Made by a program: the position numbers and the translations under genes. The notes beneath the pieces are model-generated. The model ran no database searches, was not told where the DNA came from, and saw only the letters and a list, made by a program, of their open reading frames with translations. This document shows, piece by piece, positions 11,232 to 20,356 of a stretch of DNA of 64,000 bases. Source of the DNA: an uncultured Gemmatimonadaceae bacterium (GTDB lineage Bacteria; Gemmatimonadota; Gemmatimonadetes; Gemmatimonadales; Gemmatimonadaceae). The stretch's first letter is position 1. Each line of letters opens with the position of its first letter. The stretch is taken from positions 3,200,001-3,264,000 of the forward strand of contig CAWJMB010000002.1 of assembly GCA_963843845.1 (NCBI GenBank). The letters run 5' to 3'.

Positions 11232-11263
11232 CGCGAGGTGCCTAGCGCGAGGTGCCTAACGCG
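11223..11263. repeat. 14-bp tandem repeat (ggtgcctaacgcga) x3
   Basis: Visible in the sequence; overlaps the antiporter stop and the stop of the orphan channel fragment. Confidence 0.85.
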
Positions 11264-11361
11264 CCTCGTTCGGCGCGGGCGTGCTCGTCGTGCCAGGCTC
11301 CAGTCGCTCAGTTCGATCCAGCCGCTCGACGTCGATCGCGATCGCGCCGTGAGCGTCGCTC
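11256..11361 (-). pseudogene. Orphan duplicate of the 3' end of the ion-channel gene
   Basis: Encodes GAIAIDVERLDRTERLEPGTTSTPAPNEAR*. Positions 11275-11350 match 13056-13131 at 72/76 nt. Confidence 0.8.
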
Positions 11362-11548
11362 TGCGAAGAATTCGGACTCTGCAATACTGGCGTAATGTTC
11401 GCCCAACTACTGCGCATGAGTGTGCTTGACGGCGCGAACCCGCGGCGTACACCTTCGCTGCGCAGTGACCGCAGGCCTCGGGGCCGCGAAGCGGCTTCCG
11501 ACGTCCGGCCAACTAATCGCACGCTCCCACCTGCCAGCGGAGGAGAAC

Positions 11549-12359
11549 ATGCGAACGAAGTATGCGTTACGCGCAGCGACTGTCGTCATCGGAACGCCCC
11601 TACTTGGATTGATCGCGCTCGGGGTGTTTGGCGCGTGCACTCCGACAATCGGTCCGGACGCCGAAGGTCGCGCCTGGGTCGCCTCCCACCGTAGTGTCGT
11701 ACCCACTGAATTCGAATCCATCGCGCGGCAGCCTGAGAACCTCCGTAAGCCGATCTACGCCACCCTCGGTCCCGAGCTACGACTCAAGGTCTGGCAGGCC
11801 CAAGTGGAGTCTTTCGTGCTACCAGCGTCCGAGCTTTCCGAGACGCAGAGGGCCACCGCGAACGCCCTTGAGGAGCCGCTCACGGACGCTCAGCGCCGTG
11901 CGGCGCGAATCGCGTTGGACAGCCTGTCCGCCGTCTTCGATGAGAGCTCGCCGATAGCTCAGAGGCAAGCGCTGGCCAACCGACTGTGTGCCTTCAACCG
12001 CAGCGCCTTCACACGAACGCAAGCGAGTACGATCTTCGGATCGATAGGTCCTTCAGGCCGCGAGGCGCCGAGCTCGGCCACAGCGTCTATCAGTTTAGCG
12101 CTGTTCCAGAGCTCGTTTCTGCCGGCACCTGCGATGTCTGCGCTGAGGAACGGCGCTGTCAAGGTCGGATTGTTCAAGGCGTCCATGCTACCGCGGTGCG
12201 ATTGCAACAGCACATCGTGGTGCGGTTGCGACCGTTGCTCAGGCAATAATCCGCAAGCTCGGGGTCACCGTCTGCACATACGACTACCCGGACTACATCC
12301 AGTGTGGGTGCTTCTGGTACTTCACATGTAATGGCAAGTGTCATGACGGCGAGACTTGA
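11549..12359 (+). CDS. Bacteriocin fulvocin C-related precursor, Cys-rich C-terminal core (1-nt frameshift near 12253)
   Basis: GGAGGAG RBS; lipoprotein-like signal GVFGAC; helical pro-region 'AWVASHRSVVPTEFESIA...IYATLGPELRLKVWQAQV...IFGSIGP'. Core reads CDCNSTSWCGCDRCSGNNP/KLGVTVCTYDYPDYIQCGCFWYFTCNGKCHDGET* across the shift. Confidence 0.72.
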
Positions 12360-12406
12360 CCGTGGCATTGTCGGCAGCCGCGCACGGTCACGCTGAGCAC
12401 TGCGTA

Positions 12407-12904
12407 ATGGTGCTTCGACGGCTCCGAGCTTCGCTCGTGGTTATCGGAACGTGGAGCATGGGCTTCTGTGGCGGGGGGATCGTCGCAGGGCTCTGCCTTG
12501 TCCTGCTCATTTCGCTCGGCGTACTCCCGTCGCCACGAAATGGGCAGGATGGCGTGCTCGCCATCATTGTGCTCTCCCGCGCCGTGAGGTGGGCAGCAAT
12601 CGGCGCATTGAGTGGCGTGCTGTTCACGGCAACTGTTGCGATAGCCGAGCGAAATGGCACGGTCGAGGGACTTTCGAGGTCGCGGTTCCTGCGTTGGGGG
12701 AGCATCACGGGTGCCATAGGCGCCGCCGTGATGGCGGTGACGGTGGCGCTGCTTGTCCTCCGTGACGGCGACTATCCGGGAGCGTTCTGGCTGATTGCTC
12801 TCGATCTCGGGGGTCTACCTCTTGTTGGCGCGCTTTTAGGACGCGCGACTGCCGCCGCGACGCTGCGCCTTGCGCGTCGCGATGTCACCGCCGCTGCGGG
12901 GTAG
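12407..12904 (+). CDS. Hypothetical 4-TM membrane protein (candidate immunity protein)
   Basis: Four hydrophobic segments; same islet, directly downstream of the bacteriocin-like gene. Confidence 0.6.
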   Translation: MVLRRLRASLVVIGTWSMGFCGGGIVAGLCLVLLISLGVLPSPRNGQDGVLAIIVLSRAVRWAAIGALSGVLFTATVAIAERNGTVEGLSRSRFLRWGSITGAIGAAVMAVTVALLVLRDGDYPGAFWLIALDLGGLPLVGALLGRATAAATLRLARRDVTAAAG

Positions 12905-12955
12905 GGTGTTTCTGCGTAGGGGAGCGACGGCGCGCAAACGACCCGTCACCCTCTC

Positions 12956-13043
12956 TGTGTCCTGAACCGAAGCCGAACGGCCTGGGGTCGACGAGCGAAT
13001 GTGCCCGTGCATTACAGGTTCCTTCGCTGACACTCAGAACGAC
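12956..13043. repeat. Decayed palindromic (REP/MITE-like) element
   Basis: Arms tgtgtcctgaaccgaagccgaacggcctg and caggttccttcgctgacactcagaacgac are imperfect inverted repeats. Confidence 0.4.
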
Positions 13044-14014
13044 TGGTCTTGCACGGCGGGCGTGCTCGTCGTGCCGGGCTCCAGTCGCTCGGTCCGGTCC
13101 AGCCGCTCGACGTCGATCGCGATCGCGCCGTCGGTGTCGCTCACGAACATGCTCGCCCACCGCGCGTCCCAGCGGATCTCCTCGGCGACGTACGACGCGC
13201 GGCGCGTGACGCGGGTGGAGAAGTTCTCCTCGTGCGCGTTCACGAGGACGACGATCTCCGCCTCGGCCGCGCGCAGCGTCTCGGGGGTCGCGCCGTGGAG
13301 CGGGCTGTCGGCGGTGAGCGGGTGGACGACGGTCCAGTGCAGCGTGAAGAACTCGACCGAGTCGCGCTCGAGCGCGAGGCGGTGGAAGTTGCGCTCGCGG
13401 TGGCCGTCGATCTCCTCGAACCAGGCCAAGTTCACGTTCACGTGGACGTCGGTCAGCTCGCTCGGCGCGAGGTTCACGAGGCGGAACATGAGGGCGCGTC
13501 CCCCCTCGTAGGGCGCGACGATCGCCGAGTCGCTGAAGCGGAGCTGCATGCGCGGGCGCGTGAGTCGCGCGATGAGCAGGCCGCCGGCGCCGAGCAACGT
13601 GAACGGGCCGACGAGCGACTCGAAGACGACGAGCCACAACGTCGTCGCGCCGACCGCGTGCATCCCTTCGGTGCCGGTCGTCGTGAACACGCCGACGCTG
13701 AACGCGAACGCGCGGAGGAACGGGTCGTCGACGCCTAACGACGCGACGCCGTCGATCGCGCGGGTGCCTAACGCGAGGTAGGCGAGCGTGAAGACGCCGT
13801 TCACGAGCAGCAAGGCGCCGAACGTCCAGCCGAAGAAGGCCGCCCACGACGCGTTCAGCGCGGCGAGATAGAAGCGTTCGCCGCGCTGCGCGCCGAGCCC
13901 GTACTTCTTGCTGCGCGGCGCGCCGTCACGCGACAGCAAGCGGCCGCGGACTCGCTGCGCGACGAGGCGGCCGAAGCCGAGGTCGCGGTCCTCCTGTTCC
14001 TCGGGAGGGGTCAC
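13034..14014 (-). CDS. Inward-rectifier (KirBac-like) ion channel with non-canonical filter
   Basis: GTG start overlaps the upstream stop; DLGFG N-terminus, two TM segments with a pore loop, 'FSDSAIVAPYEG..LMFRLVN', 'HWTVVHPLTADSPL', 'SYVAEEIRW'. Confidence 0.85.
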   Translation of the reverse strand: MTPPEEQEDRDLGFGRLVAQRVRGRLLSRDGAPRSKKYGLGAQRGERFYLAALNASWAAFFGWTFGALLLVNGVFTLAYLALGTRAIDGVASLGVDDPFLRAFAFSVGVFTTTGTEGMHAVGATTLWLVVFESLVGPFTLLGAGGLLIARLTRPRMQLRFSDSAIVAPYEGGRALMFRLVNLAPSELTDVHVNVNLAWFEEIDGHRERNFHRLALERDSVEFFTLHWTVVHPLTADSPLHGATPETLRAAEAEIVVLVNAHEENFSTRVTRRASYVAEEIRWDARWASMFVSDTDGAIAIDVERLDRTERLEPGTTSTPAVQDQSF

Positions 14015-15050
14015 GGACGCCCGGTCGGGAACTGAATGAGCGGCGTCGCGCCGCCGGTCATGGTCGGCAGCCTGCCGTCCCACTTCTTCATCTGCTCGTA
14101 CTGCACGAGCGTCGGCGTGATGCTCGCCGAGAGGAGCTGATTCGCCTTCGCCTGCGCCTCCGCCTCGGCGAGGATCGCCTTCGCGCGGCCGGCGGCCTTG
14201 ATGCTGTCGCCCTGCGCCTGGAACGTGTTCTTCTGCAGCTCGTTCTGCGCGGTGAGCGCCTGCTGCTGCATGACGTTCTTCGTGTTGATGGCCTCGATGA
14301 CGCCGGCCGGCGGGCGCAGCTCGTTGATCGTGAACTGCTTCACGAGGATGCCGTACGGCTCGAGCCGCTTCTGGACGCCGGCCTGGGTCCGCGTCACGAC
14401 CTCCGCCTTCTTCGGCCCGATGACGTCGGCGATCGCTTCGGTGCCGATCGATCTCCTGCAGCGACTGGCGGATCGCCTGCTTGATGTACGTGTGCTGGAT
14501 CGACGCGATGTCGCTGCGGAACGTCTGATAGAGCTGCGGCACGCGCGTCGGATCGAGCTCGAACGACATCGAGACGTCGAGCGAGAGCGGCTGCCCTTCG
14601 ACGGAGTTGACGTTGATCTCGTCGTTGCCTGGCGAGCCTTCGGTGGTGGAGCGCGTCAGGACGAGCGTCTGCATGAACGTCGGGTACTCCTCGATCGCCG
14701 TGAGGAGCGGGTTGCGGCCGTGCAGCCCGGGCCCCAACGGCGTGCGATCGACACCGCCTCCGGCGCGATGAATGACGATGCCGACGTGGCCGGGGCTGAT
14801 GTACGTGACCGCCGACGGAACGAGGAACGCGAGCAGGAGGAGTCCGGCGACGATCATGGCGATGCGCTTCGCAGCGCCGCCCTTGTCGTCCCGCGGGCCG
14901 CCGTCGGGCATGCCGGCGGACGGCATGCGCGGCGCGCGCCGGCTGGCGGACGGCGAGTAGTCGGTGTTCGAGCCCGCGGCGTGCGGCGTCGCGCAGCTCG
15001 TTCAGCGCGTCGGCTGCGGGGTCGGTGATCTCAGGCGTGGGCGTCGTCAC
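14011..15050 (-). CDS. SPFH/prohibitin-family membrane protein (frameshifts near 14970 and 14450)
   Basis: TM then 'YISPGHVGIVI..PGLH..NP..IEEYP', 'AEAEAQAKANQLLSASITPTLVQYEQMKKWDGRLP'. Start uncertain (15050 or 14926). Confidence 0.82.
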
Positions 15051-15296
15051 GGAAGGCCTCGGCGTAACACTCGGGACAGGTGCTCGTGCCGCCAGGCAGT
15101 CGCACCAGGTCACGGGGTCGGTGGATGCCGTGGATGGGGCACGTGAGCGCGGCCTCACGCTCGAAGCGCCGGCGGTTCGCCGTCTGGCGGACCCATTCCC
15201 CACCGGGGTCCAACCGAGAACCCCATAAGCGACGAGGGCGACCGCCACCGCGAGCAACGCGATGAAGAGGACGCCCTCCAGGATGATCGTGACCAT
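15031..15296 (-). CDS. Small membrane-anchored protein with CxxH...CxxC putative Zn site (frameshift near 15197)
   Basis: MVTIILEGVLFIALLAVAVALVAYGVLGWTPVG joined to EWVRQTANRRRFEREAALTCPIHG...TCPECYAEAF. Confidence 0.6.
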
Positions 15297-15573
15297 CGTA
15301 CTGCAACATACGAGAGCGCGACCGCAATAGTTACCGGCGACGGGTCGAGCCGTGACTTGTGTACAGCTATCGGCGCCAGACCGCGCGAACAGACGCTTCT
15401 GGGCACGCTGCATGCTACAGCTCGCGGTGCGCCACGTGGCAGCGGATCGCATCTCGCGATGCATCCAGTCGCGAGGTGCGTGACGTATCGCGGACCGACG
15501 TCCCAGTGCGGCCGCCGCCGACGTCACGCCGCAGCCGTATCCGCTCCCACACCTTGCAGCCTGGACCAGTGCC

Positions 15574-16479
15574 ATGCGTCGTCTCGTCCGCACCTCCGCT
15601 CCAACCCTCGTCGCGCTCCTCGTCGGCGCCACGGCCGCGCACGCGCAGTACACCGTCTACGGGATCCGCGACGCCGGCGGCACGCAGCAGCTCGTCTCGT
15701 TCAACTCGGCGACGCCGAACGCCGTGACGGTCATCGGCGCGACGGGCGCGACGCTCACCGGGATCGACTTCCGCCCGGCGAACAACGTGCTGTACGGCTA
15801 CAACGGGACGAGCGTCTTCACGGTCAACACGGCGACGGGCGCCGCGACGTCGCTGTTCACGCCGACCACGGCGACGACGGGGAACGGCGGCTTCGACTTC
15901 AATCCGGTGCCGGACCGCCTGCGCGTCGTCAGCCCGTCCGGCACGAACCTGCGCCTGAACGTGAACGCCCCGTTCACCGCAGCCAACACGATCACCGACG
16001 GCGCGTACACGTTCGCGGCCGGCGATCCGAACGTCGGCGTCACCCCGTCGTTCACGGCCGTCGCCTACACGAACAGCGACAACGATCCGTCGACCGGCAC
16101 GGCGCTGTTCGGCATCGACTCGAACCTCGGGCAGCTCGTCGCGATCACGAATCCGAACGGCGGAACGATCAACACGGTCGGCAGCCTCGGACTCGGTCAG
16201 GGGTCGGTAGTGACGGGCTTCGACATCGTGACGGTCGGGACGTCGAACTTCGGCTTCATCAGCGCCCTCGCGCCGGGGGCGAACGCGGCGTTCACGAACC
16301 TCTACAGCGTCAGCCTCACGACCGGCACCGCGACGTTCGTCGGGGCGATCGGCACGACGCCGAGCAACGTCGCCGACATCGCGATCGCCGCGGTGCCCGA
16401 GCCGGGCACCTGGATGCTGCTCGGGACCGGCCTGGTCGGACTCGCCGGGGTGGCGCGCCGTCGTCGCACCACCGTGTAA
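15574..16479 (+). CDS. DUF4394-like PEP-CTERM surface protein
   Basis: 'GIDFRPANNVLYG', 'GFDFNPVPDRLRVVS', 'AVAYTN'; C-terminal VPEP-TM-RRRR. Confidence 0.88.
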   Translation: MRRLVRTSAPTLVALLVGATAAHAQYTVYGIRDAGGTQQLVSFNSATPNAVTVIGATGATLTGIDFRPANNVLYGYNGTSVFTVNTATGAATSLFTPTTATTGNGGFDFNPVPDRLRVVSPSGTNLRLNVNAPFTAANTITDGAYTFAAGDPNVGVTPSFTAVAYTNSDNDPSTGTALFGIDSNLGQLVAITNPNGGTINTVGSLGLGQGSVVTGFDIVTVGTSNFGFISALAPGANAAFTNLYSVSLTTGTATFVGAIGTTPSNVADIAIAAVPEPGTWMLLGTGLVGLAGVARRRRTTV

Positions 16480-16525
16480 GCGACTGCACTGTCCGTTCGC
16501 GCGACGGCTCACGTCGCGCGAACGA

Positions 16526-16576
16526 GAAGACGCCCGGCGCCGGTGGACCGTGACTCCACCAGCGTCGGGCGTCTTC
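16526..16576. terminator. Hairpin between convergent genes
   Basis: gaagacgcccggcgccggtgga...tccaccagcgtcgggcgtcttc; a second hairpin lies at 16495-16523. Confidence 0.6.
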
Positions 16577-16610
16577 CGTGTCGCGGCCGTACGGACCCGG
16601 CGGCTTCGGC

Positions 16611-17207
16611 TTACTCGGCGGCCAGCTTCGCGGCGATGTCGACGAGGCGGCGCGTCTGGTGGCGCACCGCAGCCTTGATCTCGTCGGTGACCTGTCCGGC
16701 GATCGCGCTCGTGCCGTACGGGTTTCCGCCGGCGGCGTAGAGCACCTGATCGGTGTAGCCCGGCGCGACGACGATCGAGCCCCAGTGCATGAACGTCTGG
16801 TTCATGCCCATGAGCGTCGTCTCCTGCCCGCCGTGCGGGTTCTGCGCGCTCGTCATCGCGCTCGCGGCCTTGTTCGCGAGCTGGCCCTTGAACCAGATGG
16901 GGCCGAGGGTATCGATGAACGCGCGCATCTGGCTCGCCATCGTTCCGTAGCGCGTCGGGGCGCTGAACAGGTACGCGTTCGCCCACACGAGGTCGTCGGG
17001 AGTCGCCTCGGGCACCTCGGCCGTGCGCTCGGCCTGCGCCTTCCACGCGTCCTGCCCGGCGACGACGCCTGCGGGTGCCGTCTCGCGCACCTTCAGGAGG
17101 CGGACCTCGGCTCCCGACTCGCGCGCCGCCTCGGCTGCGACTTCGGCCATCTGATGGTTCGTGCCGTACGTGCTGTAGTAGACGATCGCGAGTCGGACAG
17201 TTGCCAT
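16611..17207 (-). CDS. wrbA: NAD(P)H:quinone oxidoreductase, WrbA family
   Basis: 'YYSTYGTN', '[18 protein letters not shown]', 'HGGQETT', 'GGNPYG'. Confidence 0.92.
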   Translation of the reverse strand: MATVRLAIVYYSTYGTNHQMAEVAAEAARESGAEVRLLKVRETAPAGVVAGQDAWKAQAERTAEVPEATPDDLVWANAYLFSAPTRYGTMASQMRAFIDTLGPIWFKGQLANKAASAMTSAQNPHGGQETTLMGMNQTFMHWGSIVVAPGYTDQVLYAAGGNPYGTSAIAGQVTDEIKAAVRHQTRRLVDIAAKLAAE

Positions 17208-17238
17208 CGGTCACTCCGGTGAGGGTCGACCGAGACAT

Positions 17239-17273
17239 ATAGGCGTTATAACGTCTATTCGATACCGAGATTT
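17239..17273 (-). promoter_or_regulatory. AT-rich palindrome(s) upstream of wrbA; putative MarR operator overlapping a -10-like TATAAC
   Basis: ataggcgtta|taacgtctat (1 mismatch) at 17239-17258, with adjacent tattcgataccgagattt. Confidence 0.45.
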
Positions 17274-17276
17274 CGA

Positions 17277-17762
17277 CTAGGGCGTGTCGTCGCGACGAGC
17301 GGCGGCCAGCCCGAGGTCGCGGAGCAGCCGGGTCGCGGTCGCCTGGTCATCCGGGTCGAGGCCGGCCGTCGCCGCGCGGATGGCGGCAGCGTGCTCGGGA
17401 AACACGCGTGCGACGAACGCCTGCCCGTCGTCGGTCAACACTGCGTACCGCGCTCGTCGATCCTCGGCGCACTGATCGCGGCGTACGAGGCCGCGGCGCT
17501 CCAGCCGGTCCACGAGATACGTGACGCCGCCGCTCGACACGAGCAGCTTGCGCTGGACTTCGCCGAGCAGCATCGGCCCCTTGTGATAGAGCGCCTCGAG
17601 GACGCCGAACTCGGCGAGCGTCATCGAATAGCGGGCGACATGCTCCGTGGCGCGCGCCGAGATCGCCGCGTGGGCGCGCGACAGCACGACCCACAGTTTG
17701 AGCGCGTCGCGCTCGTCGGGCTCGACGTCTGGTGTCGTGGCGGTGTGGGCGGCAGCGGTCAT
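17277..17762 (-). CDS. MarR-family regulator (MhqR-like)
   Basis: 'LKLWVVLSRA..EFGVLEALYHKGP..SGGVTYLVDRLE..DRR..LT..G..FPEH'. Confidence 0.88.
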   Translation of the reverse strand: MTAAAHTATTPDVEPDERDALKLWVVLSRAHAAISARATEHVARYSMTLAEFGVLEALYHKGPMLLGEVQRKLLVSSGGVTYLVDRLERRGLVRRDQCAEDRRARYAVLTDDGQAFVARVFPEHAAAIRAATAGLDPDDQATATRLLRDLGLAAARRDDTP

Positions 17763-17858
17763 CGTATCCGGAAAGATACGCAGGAGCGCCGGAACCCGGG
17801 ACTCGGAGCGCGGGACCGCCTGACGACCGTGTGGCGTTCGCCCCGGGTCTCGCTCCGC

Positions 17859-18801
17859 CTACGCCAGCTCCGCGCGGAGCGCCGCCTCGACCGTCGGGTG
17901 CGCGAACGGATAGGCGGCGCGCTGCAACAGCTGCGGGAACGACGCGCTGGCTGGCGAGCGCCATCTCGTCGGCCTGCTCGCTTCCCATCAGGAGCCGCAG
18001 CGCGAACTTCGGGACCGTCGTGAAGACCGGCCGCTCGAGAACGTGGCCGAGTGCGTCGGAGAAGCGGGCGTTCGTGACCGGTTCCGGGCCCACGAGGTTG
18101 ACCGCGCCGTGCAGCGTGTCGTCCGACAGCGCGAACGCGTACGCGCCGACCGTGTCGTGGAGCGAGATGCAGCTCATCCACGCCCGCCCATCGCCGAGCT
18201 TGCCGCCGAGTCCGACGCGGAAGGGGGGGAGAAGTGTCTTCAGCAGGCCGCCGTCGGGGCTGAGGACGAGTCCTGTCCGCAGGAGGGCGACCCGGATGCC
18301 CGCCCGCTGGGCGGCGTGGGTCGCCGCCTCCCACTCCTGGCAGACGTCGGCGAGAAAGCCGACGCCCGGCGGGCTCGCCTCCGTCAGCACCTCGTCGCCG
18401 CGGTCGCCGTAGTAGCCGATGGCCGAGGCGCTGATCAGGGCGCGTGGCGGTGTCGCCATGCCGGCGAGCGCCTCGGCGAGCAGTGTCGTGCCATTCACGC
18501 GACTGTCGCGGATCGCGCGCTTGTGGGCATCCGTCCAGCGGTGCGCCACCGACGCGCCAGCCAGGTGCACCACGGCGTCCGCGCCGTCGAGGGCGGCCGA
18601 GTCGATCCGACGGGCGTCGGGGTTCCAGGCGAAGTCGCCAGCCGCGCGCGGAGCACGCGTGATCCGGCGCACCGCGTGGCCGCCGGCGCGGAGCGCGGCG
18701 ACGAGGGCGGAGCCGATCAGACCGGTCGCGCCGGTGATCGCGATCGTGAGCGGTGGGCGGTTCGCCGCGTGTGTGGTGGTGCCGCCTCGGGGGGCTGTCA
18801 T
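17859..18801 (-). CDS. TIGR01777/YfcH-like NAD-dependent epimerase (frameshift near 17930)
   Basis: 'ITGATGLIG', 'VVHLAGA', 'SASAIGYYG', 'FLADVCQEWE', 'SQRVVP'; ends ..HPTVEAALRAELA* in another frame. Confidence 0.88.
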
Positions 18802-19208
18802 CGGTGGTGTAGCGCCATTCGGATGCTCAAGGTTCCCTCGAAGGTGTCTGCGATCATCGGCGCGCCAGCCGTTCCCACCCCTTCGCCCTGACAGGCTGGC
18901 CAGCGACTCCACGCCCGGCGGCAACCGGCACTACCGAGTCACGAGGACTGGATTCGGCGAGACGGCCACGCTGACGACCTCGCTTCTCACGCCGGAACCG
19001 CCTTCGGCGTCCACGTCACCGGCGTTCAATCCTGCGACGGCACGACGGACGCGACGTGGGGGCTCTCGCCGACGTCGGTCTCGTCGGTCACGTTCACACT
19101 CGCGGACGCACCGGGCATCCGTGACGCGGCCACGGTCCCGAAGTCGGCGGCGGGCTCCTCGCGCTCGGTGCGCTCGCGCGGCGCCGGCGTCAGCCCTCGG
19201 TGTGAGGC

Positions 19209-19586
19209 CTAACGGTCCGTCCAGACCGCGAGCTCGTTGCCACTCGGGTCGGTGAAGTGGAAGCGGCGGCCGCCGGGGAATGAGAACGTCGGCGTGGTGA
19301 TGGTCCCGCCCGCGTCGCGCACGGCCTGCTCGGCACGCTCGACGTCGGCGGCGAACAGGATCACGAGCGGGCCGCTCCCGACCGTACCGAGGGAGCGGCT
19401 CGTGTCGAATCCGCCGGTGAGTCGGCCGTCCTCGAACGAGGTGTAGTCGGCGCCGTAGTCGGTGAACGCCCAGCCGAACGCCTGCGTGTAGAACTGCTTC
19501 GTCGCGGCGATGTCGGTCGCGGGGAGCTCGATGTAGTCGATGCGGCGGTCGTGCGCGGCGTCGACGTTCGGCGAAGTGTCGGGCAT
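19209..19586 (-). CDS. VOC/glyoxalase-family protein
   Basis: 'IDYIELPATD..TKQFY..FGW', 'FPGGRRFHFTDPSGNELAVW'. Confidence 0.9.
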   Translation of the reverse strand: MPDTSPNVDAAHDRRIDYIELPATDIAATKQFYTQAFGWAFTDYGADYTSFEDGRLTGGFDTSRSLGTVGSGPLVILFAADVERAEQAVRDAGGTITTPTFSFPGGRRFHFTDPSGNELAVWTDR

Positions 19587-19710
19587 CGTGGTCGTGGCGT
19601 GAGGGTGCGCAGCGAACGAGGGCCGTGAACGATACAGCAATTCGCGCGTGGCTCGAGCGCTACGGCACATACGCCCGCGATCCGCTGGATCCGGCGGGCG
19701 GCGCGCCGGG

Positions 19711-20334
19711 TCATCCGCTCTGGCCGTCGCCGTTGTCGAGGCTGCGCCAGAGGTACCACGAGGCGATCGTGCGGTAGGGCGCCCAGGGCGCGCCGATCCG
19801 AAGCACGTCTTTCGGTGTCGGGCGCTCGCGGAGGTCGTAGGCTCGCCAGATCGCGTTCTGGATGCCGAGGTCGAGCTCCGGGAGGACGTCGGGGCGGCCG
19901 AGTCGGAACATGAGGAACATCTGCGCCGTCCAGCGGCCGACGCCCTTGACGCGAGTCAGGGCGGCGATGACCTCGTCGTCGCCGAACGCATCGAGGCGGG
20001 CGAGCGGGAGGTCGCCCGTGTGCGCGCGATCGGCGAGGTCGCGCAGATAGCCGATCTTCTGTCGCGACAGCCCTGCGGCGCGGAGCTCGTCGTCGGGGGT
20101 GGCACTCAGCTCGTGCGGCTCGGGAGCGCGGTCGCCGTAGAGTGCGTGGAAGCGCCGGTGAATCGTCCCGGCCGCGGCGCCGGAGAGTTGCTGGTAGACG
20201 ATGGCGCGTGCGACGGCCTCGAAGTGCGTGCCGTCGGCCCGTATCGTGAACCGGCACGGGCCGACGGCGTCGATGACGGCGGCGAGTCGCGGGTCGGCGC
20301 GCTCGAGATGTGTGACGGCGTCTCGCGTGTCCAC
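19711..20334 (-). CDS. alkA: DNA-3-methyladenine glycosylase II (AlkA/HhH-GPD)
   Basis: 'AIVYQQLSG', HhH 'LTRVKGVGRWTA', 'DVLPELDLG', 'WAPYRTIASWYLW'. Confidence 0.88.
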   Translation of the reverse strand: MDTRDAVTHLERADPRLAAVIDAVGPCRFTIRADGTHFEAVARAIVYQQLSGAAAGTIHRRFHALYGDRAPEPHELSATPDDELRAAGLSRQKIGYLRDLADRAHTGDLPLARLDAFGDDEVIAALTRVKGVGRWTAQMFLMFRLGRPDVLPELDLGIQNAIWRAYDLRERPTPKDVLRIGAPWAPYRTIASWYLWRSLDNGDGQSG

Positions 20335-20356
20335 AGGCCCAAGCTAACGCGCCCCG

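Larger units (their letters stand above)
11275..13131. mobile_element. Putative horizontally acquired islet bounded by 76-bp imperfect direct repeats (no integrase inside)
   Basis: Direct repeats at 11275-11350 and 13056-13131; the interior is visibly richer in A/T-ending codons than the flanks. Confidence 0.6.

Noticed and set aside
11226..11400. GCCTAAC/GTTAGGC read as integron attC core sites (RYYYAAC/GTTRRRY) beside a foreign-looking islet
   Set aside because: No GCCTAAC is paired with a downstream GTTAGGC at attC distance, no integrase is present, and the heptamer is scattered through housekeeping-type coding sequence.
13034..14926. Track ORF suggesting an SPFH-ion channel fusion (630 aa)
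   Set aside because: Artefact of a frameshift near 14450. The SPFH C-terminus is in ORF 14011..14397 and ends in a TGA overlapping the channel GTG.
18802..19208. 400-bp intergenic stretch as possible ncRNA or small gene
   Set aside because: No recognisable RNA motif, RBS-led ORF or repeat that I could support.
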